From Gaiellaceae bacterium (GTDB lineage: Bacteria; Actinomycetota; Thermoleophilia; Gaiellales; Gaiellaceae), in contig JBMDXR010000077.1 of assembly GCA_048594925.1 (NCBI GenBank), forward strand, positions 48,315 to 112,314: 64,000 bases of DNA, in the 5' to 3' direction. A program made the position numbers and the translations under genes. Below the pieces are notes generated by a model that was given only the letters and a program-made list of their open reading frames with translations, was not told the origin of the DNA and searched no databases. Each line of letters starts with the position of its first letter. The stretch's first letter is position 1. Of this stretch, positions 36,280 through 44,573 are shown piece by piece.

Positions 36280-36294
36280 CCCCGCGGACTTCCT

Positions 36295-37890
36295 ATGGCC
36301 GCCCGAAGAGCGAACCGGCTCGCGCGCGTCCTCGCCTGGCTCGAGCGGCTCGCCTCGAGGCCCCTGGGGGCGGTCGTCCTCTTCGCGCTCGCCGTCGCGG
36401 TGTTCTCCGTCCGCGCTGCCGCCTGGCCGCTGCGCGCCGGGCGGGACCTGGACGAGTACCTGTACGCCTGGATCCAGCTGTTCGACCACGACGTCCTGCT
36501 TCCGTGGTCGATGCTCTTTCGAACCCCGGCCACGCCGATCGTGGCGGGAGGCTCGCTCGAACTCCTGGGAGGCGCCCTCGCGGAGCCGGTCTGCGCAGTT
36601 CTCTTCGCGCTGTCGGTGGTCTCATGGAGCGCCGCGGCGCACGCGTTCGGCCCGAGGGTCGCGCTCCTCACGGCCGTCGCGTTGCTCGTCTATCCGGGCT
36701 ACGGCCTCATGTTCCACGAGCTCGCGAGCGAGACCACCTTCGCGGCCTCCTTCGCGTTGTGGGCGCTGCTCGTCGTGCGTGCCGCCTTCCGGCCGAGCGT
36801 CGCGCGTTTCGCACTCGTCGGACTCGGGATCGCGCTGCTCGCGCTCGTACGTCCGGGCAACGCCGTCCTCCTCGCCTTCATCGCGCTTCCGTTCGTCGTC
36901 GCGGGGGCGTGGCGGGATCGGGTCCGATGGGCCGGAGCGCTCGCTCTCGCCGCCGTTCTTCCGCTTGCCGCGTGGACTCTTCACAACGGGCTGCGCCTCG
37001 ATACGTGGGCGCTCGCACGCGGCGGCAACGCGATCGTCCCCTTCTACCGCGCCTTCATCACCGACAACATCGTGTCCCCGGCGAACGGCGAGGAATCGAG
37101 GCGGCTCGCGGCCGCGATGCAACGACGGCTGCTGACGCGCGATCCGTACCGCTCGTACGGGGTCACCCTCGACGAGCTCTTCCGGGAGGGGAGCTTCCGC
37201 GTCCACGAGGACCTGTACATCCTCTCCGACCAGGTCTTCGGCTGGAACTCGGACTACCGCGTCCTTCGCGATGCCGGCGTGGAAGGCGTGCGCGCGCACC
37301 CCGGTACGTACGCCTCGGGAGTCCTCGGCACGATCTGGGACGAGCTGGCGAAGGCGCAGTTCCGCGCGGAGGGCGCGAGCCCAGCACCGAATGAGTCGCC
37401 ACGAGGCACGACGGGCGGATTGCCTCCACCGACCGAGGGCGAGCCGATACCCGCTGGTCAGGTCGTCTGGATCTCCCGACCCGACCAGAGCATCCGCCAG
37501 GTGTGGACCTCGGCGACCGACTGGCACTTCGAGTTCGACGACCCGAGCCAGCAAGTGCGCTTCCTGGAGATCGAGCGGGAGCGCGACGTTCTTCTCGACT
37601 CCCTCCCGGACCGCGCCGCGAATACAACGCTCGCGCTGCGGCTGAACCAGCTCTCACGCTGGTTCCCGCGGCCGTGGATGTGGATCCTCGCCGGAATCAT
37701 CGGCATCGCTTGGCGGCGTCCGCGCGGCTCCGCGACGCTCGCCGCGCTCGCGCTGGCCGGCATGGCGGTCGTCGTTCTCAATGCCCTCGGGCTCTTTGCC
37801 GATCTGCACTTCGTGCTCCCGGTCGCACCGGCGTTCGTTCTGCTCGGCGCCGGCGGGCTGCTCGGCGCTCGGGCAGGCGCACCTCGCTAG
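36295..37890 (+). CDS. GT-C-like polytopic membrane protein with extracytoplasmic domain (divergent paralogue 2)
   Basis: ATG 36295. The architecture and motifs match 34644..36257 (LVRPGNAVLL, YRSYGVTLDELF, VRAHPGTYASGV, C-terminal helix pair). Confidence 0.65.
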   Translation: MAARRANRLARVLAWLERLASRPLGAVVLFALAVAVFSVRAAAWPLRAGRDLDEYLYAWIQLFDHDVLLPWSMLFRTPATPIVAGGSLELLGGALAEPVCAVLFALSVVSWSAAAHAFGPRVALLTAVALLVYPGYGLMFHELASETTFAASFALWALLVVRAAFRPSVARFALVGLGIALLALVRPGNAVLLAFIALPFVVAGAWRDRVRWAGALALAAVLPLAAWTLHNGLRLDTWALARGGNAIVPFYRAFITDNIVSPANGEESRRLAAAMQRRLLTRDPYRSYGVTLDELFREGSFRVHEDLYILSDQVFGWNSDYRVLRDAGVEGVRAHPGTYASGVLGTIWDELAKAQFRAEGASPAPNESPRGTTGGLPPPTEGEPIPAGQVVWISRPDQSIRQVWTSATDWHFEFDDPSQQVRFLEIERERDVLLDSLPDRAANTTLALRLNQLSRWFPRPWMWILAGIIGIAWRRPRGSATLAALALAGMAVVVLNALGLFADLHFVLPVAPAFVLLGAGGLLGARAGAPR

Positions 37891-39254
37891 CCGACGATCT
37901 CGACGATCGCGTCGAGGACCCGCGCCGCCGCGCGACCGTCGACTTCCCCCACGACCTCGCGAGCGACACGCTGCCGCTCGCGCGCAAGCTCCGACGGCTG
38001 GGAGAGCGAGCGCTCCATGCCCGAGACGACCTCGTCGAAGTCCATGGCGCGGAGGAACGCCTCCGATCGGAGCAGCTCGTCGTAGTGCTTGCCGGTCACG
38101 TTCAGCGCCGCGTGCCGCTCGCCGGCCGGAGCTCCCTCGTCGTAGAGAACGCAGACCGCGGGCCGGTCGTTGACGATGCTGTCGAGGAGGATCGTGCCTG
38201 CGTTCGCAACGACGCAGTCGACGTGCTGGAGCAGCGTCGCGAGCACATCCATGTCGGTGTACGAGGGCTGCTGGACGCCGATGCCGTCGCCGGCCAGCGC
38301 CGCCCCGAAGCGATCCTTCCAGTCGCGATCGCGCGGATGCGGTCGGAAGAGGAGCTGCGGGCGCTCCGCGGGATCCTCCGCCCGCCACCACCCGACGAGC
38401 CGGTCGACGAACTTGCGCTCGTACGGCGCGTTCGTGGGCGTGTTTCCCGCCACGAGCACGACCGGCCGCGAGGGATCGAGCCCGAGCTCGCTCAGGATCG
38501 AAACGAATGCCTCGCGCGACCTCGAATGCGCGAAGACGTCGGTCTGCGGCCAGCCGGTGACGACGACCCGCTCGGCCCGGATCCCGTGGTAGCGGACGAG
38601 GTCGTCCCGCATCACGTCGTTCTGCACGACGTATCGGGTGACGTGCGGCGAGACGATCCCCTTCCCGACGGTGTGATCCCAGCTCGCGACATAGCCGACG
38701 ATCGGAACGTCGAGTCGACGAGCCGCAACGAGGAAGGGGACTGCCTGCAGGCTCTGGACGTTCGCCACGACGAGGCCGGCGCACGTCTCGCGCATGCGCC
38801 CGAGAAGCCTCTTCGAGACGTATCGCCTCCTCGAGAAGAGCCAGCGCCGAAGGAGCTCGTCCAGCCGCGCCGACTCGGGCAGTCGCCCCTTGAGAGACGA
38901 GTCCAGGAAGTGGTTCGGGTGCCCCGGGCGCATGCGCTCCCGATTGAAGCCGTGGCGAAGACTGTGACGGACCGACAGCGGGTAATAGCCTGCGTTCCGG
39001 TCGATGGCGAAGTCGATCCGTCGCTCGACGCGCTCGATCGGGCCGACCCGCCGGGGGAAGAGGTCGGAGCCGAGCGTCCACGGCAGGCCGTCGAGCTTCG
39101 GCACCCAGCTCCGAGCCTCGTCCTCCGGGAGCGCGAGCACGACCTCCACACGCCCGGGCGAGCGCTCGGCGAGCCCGGAGACGATTCCGCAGTCGACGAA
39201 GACACGCGTCGGGAAGGGATCGGGCAGGACGAGCCAGACGCCCCTCTCCATCAC
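37887..39254 (-). CDS. GT-B-fold transferase of unresolved family (distant TagF/capsule-synthesis-like layout)
   Basis: The start is GTG 39254 or ATG 39251, overlapping the transketolase stop. The ordered motifs VVLVAGNTPTNAPYE, LLFRPHPRD and VDCVVANAGTILLDSIVNDRPAV recall the PTW / HP / DYSS layout of glycerophosphotransferases. Sequence similarity is weak. Confidence 0.45.
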   Translation of the reverse strand: MMERGVWLVLPDPFPTRVFVDCGIVSGLAERSPGRVEVVLALPEDEARSWVPKLDGLPWTLGSDLFPRRVGPIERVERRIDFAIDRNAGYYPLSVRHSLRHGFNRERMRPGHPNHFLDSSLKGRLPESARLDELLRRWLFSRRRYVSKRLLGRMRETCAGLVVANVQSLQAVPFLVAARRLDVPIVGYVASWDHTVGKGIVSPHVTRYVVQNDVMRDDLVRYHGIRAERVVVTGWPQTDVFAHSRSREAFVSILSELGLDPSRPVVLVAGNTPTNAPYERKFVDRLVGWWRAEDPAERPQLLFRPHPRDRDWKDRFGAALAGDGIGVQQPSYTDMDVLATLLQHVDCVVANAGTILLDSIVNDRPAVCVLYDEGAPAGERHAALNVTGKHYDELLRSEAFLRAMDFDEVVSGMERSLSQPSELARERQRVAREVVGEVDGRAAARVLDAIVEIVG

Positions 39255-41206
39255 ACTGTCGCGCCGACCGGATGGGCGATCCGCTCGGCGAGGGACAGCC
39301 CGTCCAGACCGTGGGCCCGAAGCGCCTCGGATGGCGTCCCGCAGGCCGGCCAGCCGTCGACGCCGAACACGATCACGTCACGTCCGCCGAGCTCACGCCT
39401 GATCGCGTCGCCGAGACCACCCACAGGGGAGTGATCCTCGAGCACGAAGACGTGCTCGTACTCGGCGAGCTCCAGCAGCCAGGTCCGGTCGAAGCGGTTC
39501 AGCCAGGGCATGTTCACGACCGCGAGCTCGGGCCCGCGCTCGGCCAGATGCTCCGCTGCCGTGAGCGCCTCGTGCAGCATCACGGGCCCGTACGCGACGA
39601 GGACGGCATCCCCTCCGTCGCGCAGCAAGCGCCCTCGGCCCGGCGCGATCTCACCCTGGAGGTCGATCCGCCGGGGCGACGGGCCGATCGCGAGCCGGAT
39701 CGCGCCGTTCCCGCTCGCGTCCTCGACCGCCCAGCGCACCAGTGCGCGGGTCTCCTCCGAGTTGCCGGGCTGCACGATCGTCGTGTCCGGAAGCGCACCG
39801 AGCAGCGAGATGTCGCGGACCGACTGGTGCGATTTTCCGGGCCCCGCCGGGATCAAGCCCGCGTAGTGGAGCGCGTACACGACCTTCGAGCCCTCGGTCG
39901 CCTGGTTGTAGATCTGCTCGTTCGCCCGCGACGCGAGGAACGAGGCGAACGAGTTGACGACCGGCAGCAGGCCGTGCCGTGCCACTCCCGCGGCGGTCGA
40001 GACCATGTCCTGCTCGGCGATGCCGCACTCGACGAACCGGTCGGGGAAGGCGAGGGCAAACCCGCGCACGCGACAGTCGGAGGCGAGATCGGCGTCGAGC
40101 ACGACGAGGTCGTCCCGCTCGGCGCCCAGGCGGACGAGCTCCTCACCGTACGCGTCGACGACGTACTCGTCGGTGACCTGTGCGCGGCGCGCCCCCGCGC
40201 CTGACTCGGGCTCGCCCCCCGGCGACCGGGTCGCTCGCTCCTCCGGCTCGATCGGCTCGATCGGCTCGAGCACGAGTGGGTCGAGGCCGTGCGCGGAGAG
40301 ACGCTCGCCGAGTCGTTCCGCAATCTCGGAGACCGCCTCCTCGAAGGACTCGTCGTCGGGGGCGCCCGCGTGCCACCGATACGTCCCGCCTCCGACTCGC
40401 AAGGCGACCGGATGCTCCATGAAGGAGACGCCCTTCCCCTTGATCGTGTTGGCGACGAGCACCTGCGGCCGGCCGCTCACCTCGCGGAACGCCGCGAACG
40501 TGGAGCGAAGCGCGCCGAAGTCGTGCCCGTCGCAGGATGTCACGTACCAGCCGAAGGCGCGGAATCGCTCCTCGAGCTCGCCGAGCGAGACGATCTCCTC
40601 TGTCGGCATGTCGGACTGGAGCTCGTTGCGGTCGACGACGACCGCGAGCCCCGTGAGCCCTTCATGCGCGGCAGCCTGCAGCCCCTCGTAGTTCTGCCCT
40701 TCCTGCAGCTCGCCGTCGCCGACCATCACGACGACGCGACCGCCGCGACCGAGATGCCGCTTCGCCCAGGCGATCCCGCGTCCCTTGGAGACGCCCATCC
40801 CGAGCGAGCCCGAGCTGGCCTCGATGCCCGGCACGCCGACGTCCGGGTGACCGTCGAGCCCTCCGAGCCGACGCAGACGGACGAAGCGCTCACGAGGGAT
40901 GACGCCGAGCGCGAACAACGCGGCGTAGAGCCCGGGGACGTCGTGCCCCTTGGAGGAGAAGTAGACGTCCCGATCCGGATCGTCCCATCCGAGCCTCGCA
41001 GTGTTCAGCTCCTCGAAGAGCAGGAAGGTCACGATGTCCATCGCGCTGAAGCTCGAACCGAGATGGCCGGAGCCCGCGCGCTTGACGGCGACGAGCGCGT
41101 TCAGGCGGCACATGTCTGCAAGCAACGCGAGACGTTCGTCCGGCTCCAGGGCGGCGTGGTGAACGCGATCGAGCTCTGCTCTCGGAACCAGGTGCAGATC
41201 GGGCAT
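39251..41206 (-). CDS. transketolase-family ThDP enzyme, N-terminal and C-terminal halves fused in one polypeptide
   Basis: Internal ATG 41206. The N-half carries GSGHLGSSFS and GDGELQEGQNYE. The linker is LEPIEPIEPEE. The C-half carries GIAEQDMVSTAAG and the transketolase C-terminal pattern. Confidence 0.85.
   Translation of the reverse strand: MPDLHLVPRAELDRVHHAALEPDERLALLADMCRLNALVAVKRAGSGHLGSSFSAMDIVTFLLFEELNTARLGWDDPDRDVYFSSKGHDVPGLYAALFALGVIPRERFVRLRRLGGLDGHPDVGVPGIEASSGSLGMGVSKGRGIAWAKRHLGRGGRVVVMVGDGELQEGQNYEGLQAAAHEGLTGLAVVVDRNELQSDMPTEEIVSLGELEERFRAFGWYVTSCDGHDFGALRSTFAAFREVSGRPQVLVANTIKGKGVSFMEHPVALRVGGGTYRWHAGAPDDESFEEAVSEIAERLGERLSAHGLDPLVLEPIEPIEPEERATRSPGGEPESGAGARRAQVTDEYVVDAYGEELVRLGAERDDLVVLDADLASDCRVRGFALAFPDRFVECGIAEQDMVSTAAGVARHGLLPVVNSFASFLASRANEQIYNQATEGSKVVYALHYAGLIPAGPGKSHQSVRDISLLGALPDTTIVQPGNSEETRALVRWAVEDASGNGAIRLAIGPSPRRIDLQGEIAPGRGRLLRDGGDAVLVAYGPVMLHEALTAAEHLAERGPELAVVNMPWLNRFDRTWLLELAEYEHVFVLEDHSPVGGLGDAIRRELGGRDVIVFGVDGWPACGTPSEALRAHGLDGLSLAERIAHPVGATV
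40244..40269. repeat. in-frame 9-bp tandem repeat (CGGCTCGAT, about 2.9 copies) encoding the EPI-EPI-EPE linker of the fused transketolase
   Basis: Read directly: cggctcgat cggctcgat cggctcga at 40244..40269. Confidence 0.7.
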
Positions 41207-41220
41207 GGGACCCCTCGACG

Positions 41221-42006
41221 CTACCGCGGTCTGTGCGGGGTCACGAGCTCCGAGAGATCGGCACCCTCGCGCAGCTCGTCGGTCTTCTCGCAGAGGAAGA
41301 GGGCCTCGCTCGAGCCGGGCCGGTACTCCGTGAAGCGGGTCACCTTGCGCCACCCCGTCCACGCGAGCTCGAGTCGCACGGCCTGAATCGTCGGCACGCC
41401 CTTCGCCTTGCCGTTCTCCGGCCAGCGAAGGCGCACGAGCGCGTCCGGGCGCGGGTCGATCGTCGTCTCGAACAGCATCGTCCCGCCCGGCTTCGTCACC
41501 CGGTTGAGCATCCCGAGGAGCGGCAGGTGATGGATCGAGTGGTAGAGGACGCCGAGGAAGAACACGAGGTCGAACGGATCGACGTCGAGCAGCTCCTTTG
41601 CCTCGCGCAGGTCGCCATAGACGAAGCGATGTGGTCGTTCGAGCCCGTCAACCCATTTCGCGTGCAGCTGAGTGTCCGATTCGAAGTCCGAGAAGACGAG
41701 TTCCGAGGGTTGGAGCTCGCGGTCGATCCAGCGCGCGTGGACTCCGTACTTCGGCCCGACCTCGAGCACGTGAGAGCCGCGGAAGCGCTCGCGGTCGACG
41801 ACTGCGCCGAGCGAATCAGGCAGCAGGGTCAGATCGGGGAGGTCCTCCGTGGCGGTCGTCGGTCGCTCGTCGCCGATCGGGCGCGGATCCTCGACGTACT
41901 CGGTCAGCTCGTCGAGCCGCGGGAGATTCTCGGGGTTGGGCTCGTACACCTGCAACCCGAGCCGCACTGCCGCCGACCACGCAGCCCGGCGCGCGAGGCT
42001 CTTCAC
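41221..42006 (-). CDS. putative class I methyltransferase-fold protein
   Basis: GTG 42006. Motifs: VLEVGPKYGVHA (degenerate motif I), FDLVFFLGVLYHS and TKPGGTMLFETT. Confidence 0.6.
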   Translation of the reverse strand: MKSLARRAAWSAAVRLGLQVYEPNPENLPRLDELTEYVEDPRPIGDERPTTATEDLPDLTLLPDSLGAVVDRERFRGSHVLEVGPKYGVHARWIDRELQPSELVFSDFESDTQLHAKWVDGLERPHRFVYGDLREAKELLDVDPFDLVFFLGVLYHSIHHLPLLGMLNRVTKPGGTMLFETTIDPRPDALVRLRWPENGKAKGVPTIQAVRLELAWTGWRKVTRFTEYRPGSSEALFLCEKTDELREGADLSELVTPHRPR

Positions 42007-42083
42007 TGGCGTGCTTCCGTCATGACCGCTGAACCGTAACGGCGGCAGCGGTCCGCCCAGTCCGCTAGAAGGGACCGACCAGC

Positions 42084-44573
42084 GTGGCCGCCTCGGCTCC
42101 TCCTCGTCCTCGTCGCGCGAATCCCGGAACTTTCGCCGGGCTCTTCCTCGTCACGCTCTCGACCCTCATGTACGAGGTCGTCCTGACGCGGATCTTCAGC
42201 GTGACCATGTGGTACCACTTCGCGTTCGTCGCGATCTCGGTCGCGCTCTTCGGGCTCACGGCTGGCGCGCTCATCGTCCACCTCCAGCCCGGCCGCTTTC
42301 GGGACGGTGACGTGCCCGCGAGGCTCTGGCTCTTCTCGCTGCTCTTCAGCCTCGCGATCGCGATCTGCTTCGTGACGCAGCTCGCGATCCCCTTCGACCC
42401 CGAGCTGAACGTCGCAAGCGCCTGGTCGATCGTGCTCACGTGCCTGGTCATCTCGATCCCGTTCGTGTGCAGCGGAGTCGTCGTCTGCCTTGCGCTGACC
42501 CGCTTCCCGGCACAGACGAACCGGCTCTACGCAGCCGATCTGGTCGGTGCAGCTCTCGGCTGCATCCTCGTCGTGGCTCTGTTCGTCGTGCTGGACGGGC
42601 CAAGCCTCGTCATCGCGATCGGAGCGATCGCGGCGCTGGGCGCGCTCTTCTTCGCATTCGAGGCGGCCAGCCGACGCGGATTCGCCTTGGCACTGTCACT
42701 CGCAGTCGTGCTCGGCTCGGCCGCCGCCGTGAACGGCGTCCTCCACTCGAAGGGTCACCCGCTCCTGCGAATCGTCTGGGCCAAGGGTGAGCCCGACTTC
42801 CAGCACGACTTCGAGAAGTGGAATGCGTTCTCGCGCGTGACCGTCGACCGGTGGGGGGACGGCCTCACCGGCCCCTCCGGCGTCGGGATGAGCAGGACGA
42901 TCCCATCCGACACGCGCGTCGAGCAGCTCGGGATGGTGATCGACAGCAATGCGGCCACCGTCCTGACCCGCTACACCGGCGACCCGTCCGAGACGGACTT
43001 CCTGCGCTACGACATCTCGAACCTCGCACATCACGCCCTCGAGGCTGCGGACGTCCTCGTGATCGGCGTGGGGGGAGGCCGCGACGTGCTCTCGGCGCTC
43101 GAGTTCGACCAGAAGTCCGTCACCGGGGTCGAGATCAACGGGAACATCCTCGACACGACCAACGGCGAGTACGGCGCCTTCACCGGCCACCTCGACCGGA
43201 ACCCGCGCGTCAGGTTCGTCGAGGACGAGGCGCGCAGCTACCTCGCGCGCAGCGACGACACCTACGACCTCATCCAGATCTCGCTGATCGACACGTGGGC
43301 CGCGTCGTCCGCGGGCGCGTACGCGCTGACGGAGAACTCGCTGTACACGACCAGGGCTTGGGACGTCTTCCTCGACCGGCTCGCGCCGGGCGGGATGCTG
43401 TCCGTCTCGCGCTGGTACACGATCCCCGGACGCGAGCGGCCCCTCGAGGCCTACCGAGCCGTCGCGCTCGCTGCGACGGTGCTGATGGGGCGAGGAGCGG
43501 CCGATCCACGCGCGCACCTCCTCGTCTACCGCTCGGACCCGAACGGCGCCGGGGCGAGCGCGATGACGTTGCTCGTGAGCCCGGAGCCGTTCTCGGCCAC
43601 GACCCTCGCCGCGATCTCCGGCGCGGCGGCGCGGCTCGGTTTCACGCCGGTGCTCACGCCCGACGCCGCGATCGACGAGCACTTCGCGGCTCTCGCCTCG
43701 CCCAACGGGCCGGGGGAAGCTATCGCGTCGTTCGACGCCGACATCTCCGCGCCGACCGACGATCGGCCGTTCTTCTTCCAGATGGCCGACCTCGGAACCG
43801 TCTTCGGAGGCGCAGGCTTCTCGAGGGACGACTCGACCCGTCCGGTGCTCGTCCTGACCCTCCTCGCCGTCGCGATCCTCGGGATGACGCTGGGCTTCAT
43901 CGTCCTTCCGCTCCTCTTCAAGACCGGCGCCGCGGCGCATCGCGGTATGGCGCCCTTCTACTCGTACTTCGCCGGGATCGGGCTCGGGTTCCTCCTGATC
44001 GAGATCGCCCAGCTGCAGCGGCTGAGCATCTTCCTCGGGCACCCGACGTACGCGTTGACGGTCGTACTCTTCTCGCTCCTCGTGTCGAGCGGGATCGGGA
44101 GCATGGTCAGCGACCGCATCGCCGATCCACGCCGCCCCACGCGGGCCCTCGCGCCGCTCGGCGCCCTCGTCGTGACGGTGGCCGCGTTCGGGGTACTGAC
44201 TCCGGAGATCATCGAGCGGCTGGACGGGGCGACCACACCCGTACGCATCACGACGGCCGTCGCGATCCTTGTGCCGTGCGGCCTGCTCATGGGCACGGCG
44301 TTCCCCATCGGTATGCGGGCCGCAGCGGCGAGGCCCGGCGCCCCGACGGCATTTCTGTGGGGCATCAACGGCGCGACCTCGGTCTGCGCGTCGGTCTTCG
44401 GCGTCGCCATCGCGATCTTCTTCGGGATCTCGGTCTCGTACTTCGTCGGCGTTGGCGCGTACGCGTTCGCCGCAGTGGCGCTGGTCGTCATCGTCCGGTT
44501 GCAGCTGCGAGCGGCCGCGAGCGAGAGTCCCGACGAAGAGGACGCCCCGGCGCCCGTGCCCGCGGCGGCCTAG
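42084..44573 (+). CDS. fused polytopic-membrane / spermidine-synthase-like protein
   Basis: GTG 42084, 829 aa. The N-terminal helices begin LMYEVVLTRIFSVTMWYHFAFVAISVALFGLTAGA. A central Rossmann module follows (VLVIGVGGGRDVLSAL, LIQISLIDTW, LAPGGMLSVSRW). About 6 more helices lie at the C-terminus. Confidence 0.75.
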   Translation: MAASAPPRPRRANPGTFAGLFLVTLSTLMYEVVLTRIFSVTMWYHFAFVAISVALFGLTAGALIVHLQPGRFRDGDVPARLWLFSLLFSLAIAICFVTQLAIPFDPELNVASAWSIVLTCLVISIPFVCSGVVVCLALTRFPAQTNRLYAADLVGAALGCILVVALFVVLDGPSLVIAIGAIAALGALFFAFEAASRRGFALALSLAVVLGSAAAVNGVLHSKGHPLLRIVWAKGEPDFQHDFEKWNAFSRVTVDRWGDGLTGPSGVGMSRTIPSDTRVEQLGMVIDSNAATVLTRYTGDPSETDFLRYDISNLAHHALEAADVLVIGVGGGRDVLSALEFDQKSVTGVEINGNILDTTNGEYGAFTGHLDRNPRVRFVEDEARSYLARSDDTYDLIQISLIDTWAASSAGAYALTENSLYTTRAWDVFLDRLAPGGMLSVSRWYTIPGRERPLEAYRAVALAATVLMGRGAADPRAHLLVYRSDPNGAGASAMTLLVSPEPFSATTLAAISGAAARLGFTPVLTPDAAIDEHFAALASPNGPGEAIASFDADISAPTDDRPFFFQMADLGTVFGGAGFSRDDSTRPVLVLTLLAVAILGMTLGFIVLPLLFKTGAAAHRGMAPFYSYFAGIGLGFLLIEIAQLQRLSIFLGHPTYALTVVLFSLLVSSGIGSMVSDRIADPRRPTRALAPLGALVVTVAAFGVLTPEIIERLDGATTPVRITTAVAILVPCGLLMGTAFPIGMRAAAARPGAPTAFLWGINGATSVCASVFGVAIAIFFGISVSYFVGVGAYAFAAVALVVIVRLQLRAAASESPDEEDAPAPVPAAA

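Noticed and set aside
34531-36489. Very long alternative-frame or antisense ORFs with Arg/Pro/Ala/Gly-rich products. Examples are 34531-36489 (652 aa), 628-1731, 2983-4473, 24146-25222, 50698-52305, 59493-61277 and 37654-39081.
   Set aside because: These are typical stop-codon-poor shadow frames of very GC-rich DNA. Their composition is extremely biased (poly-R/P/A) with no motifs. Each fully overlaps a frame carrying clear, motif-rich protein families.
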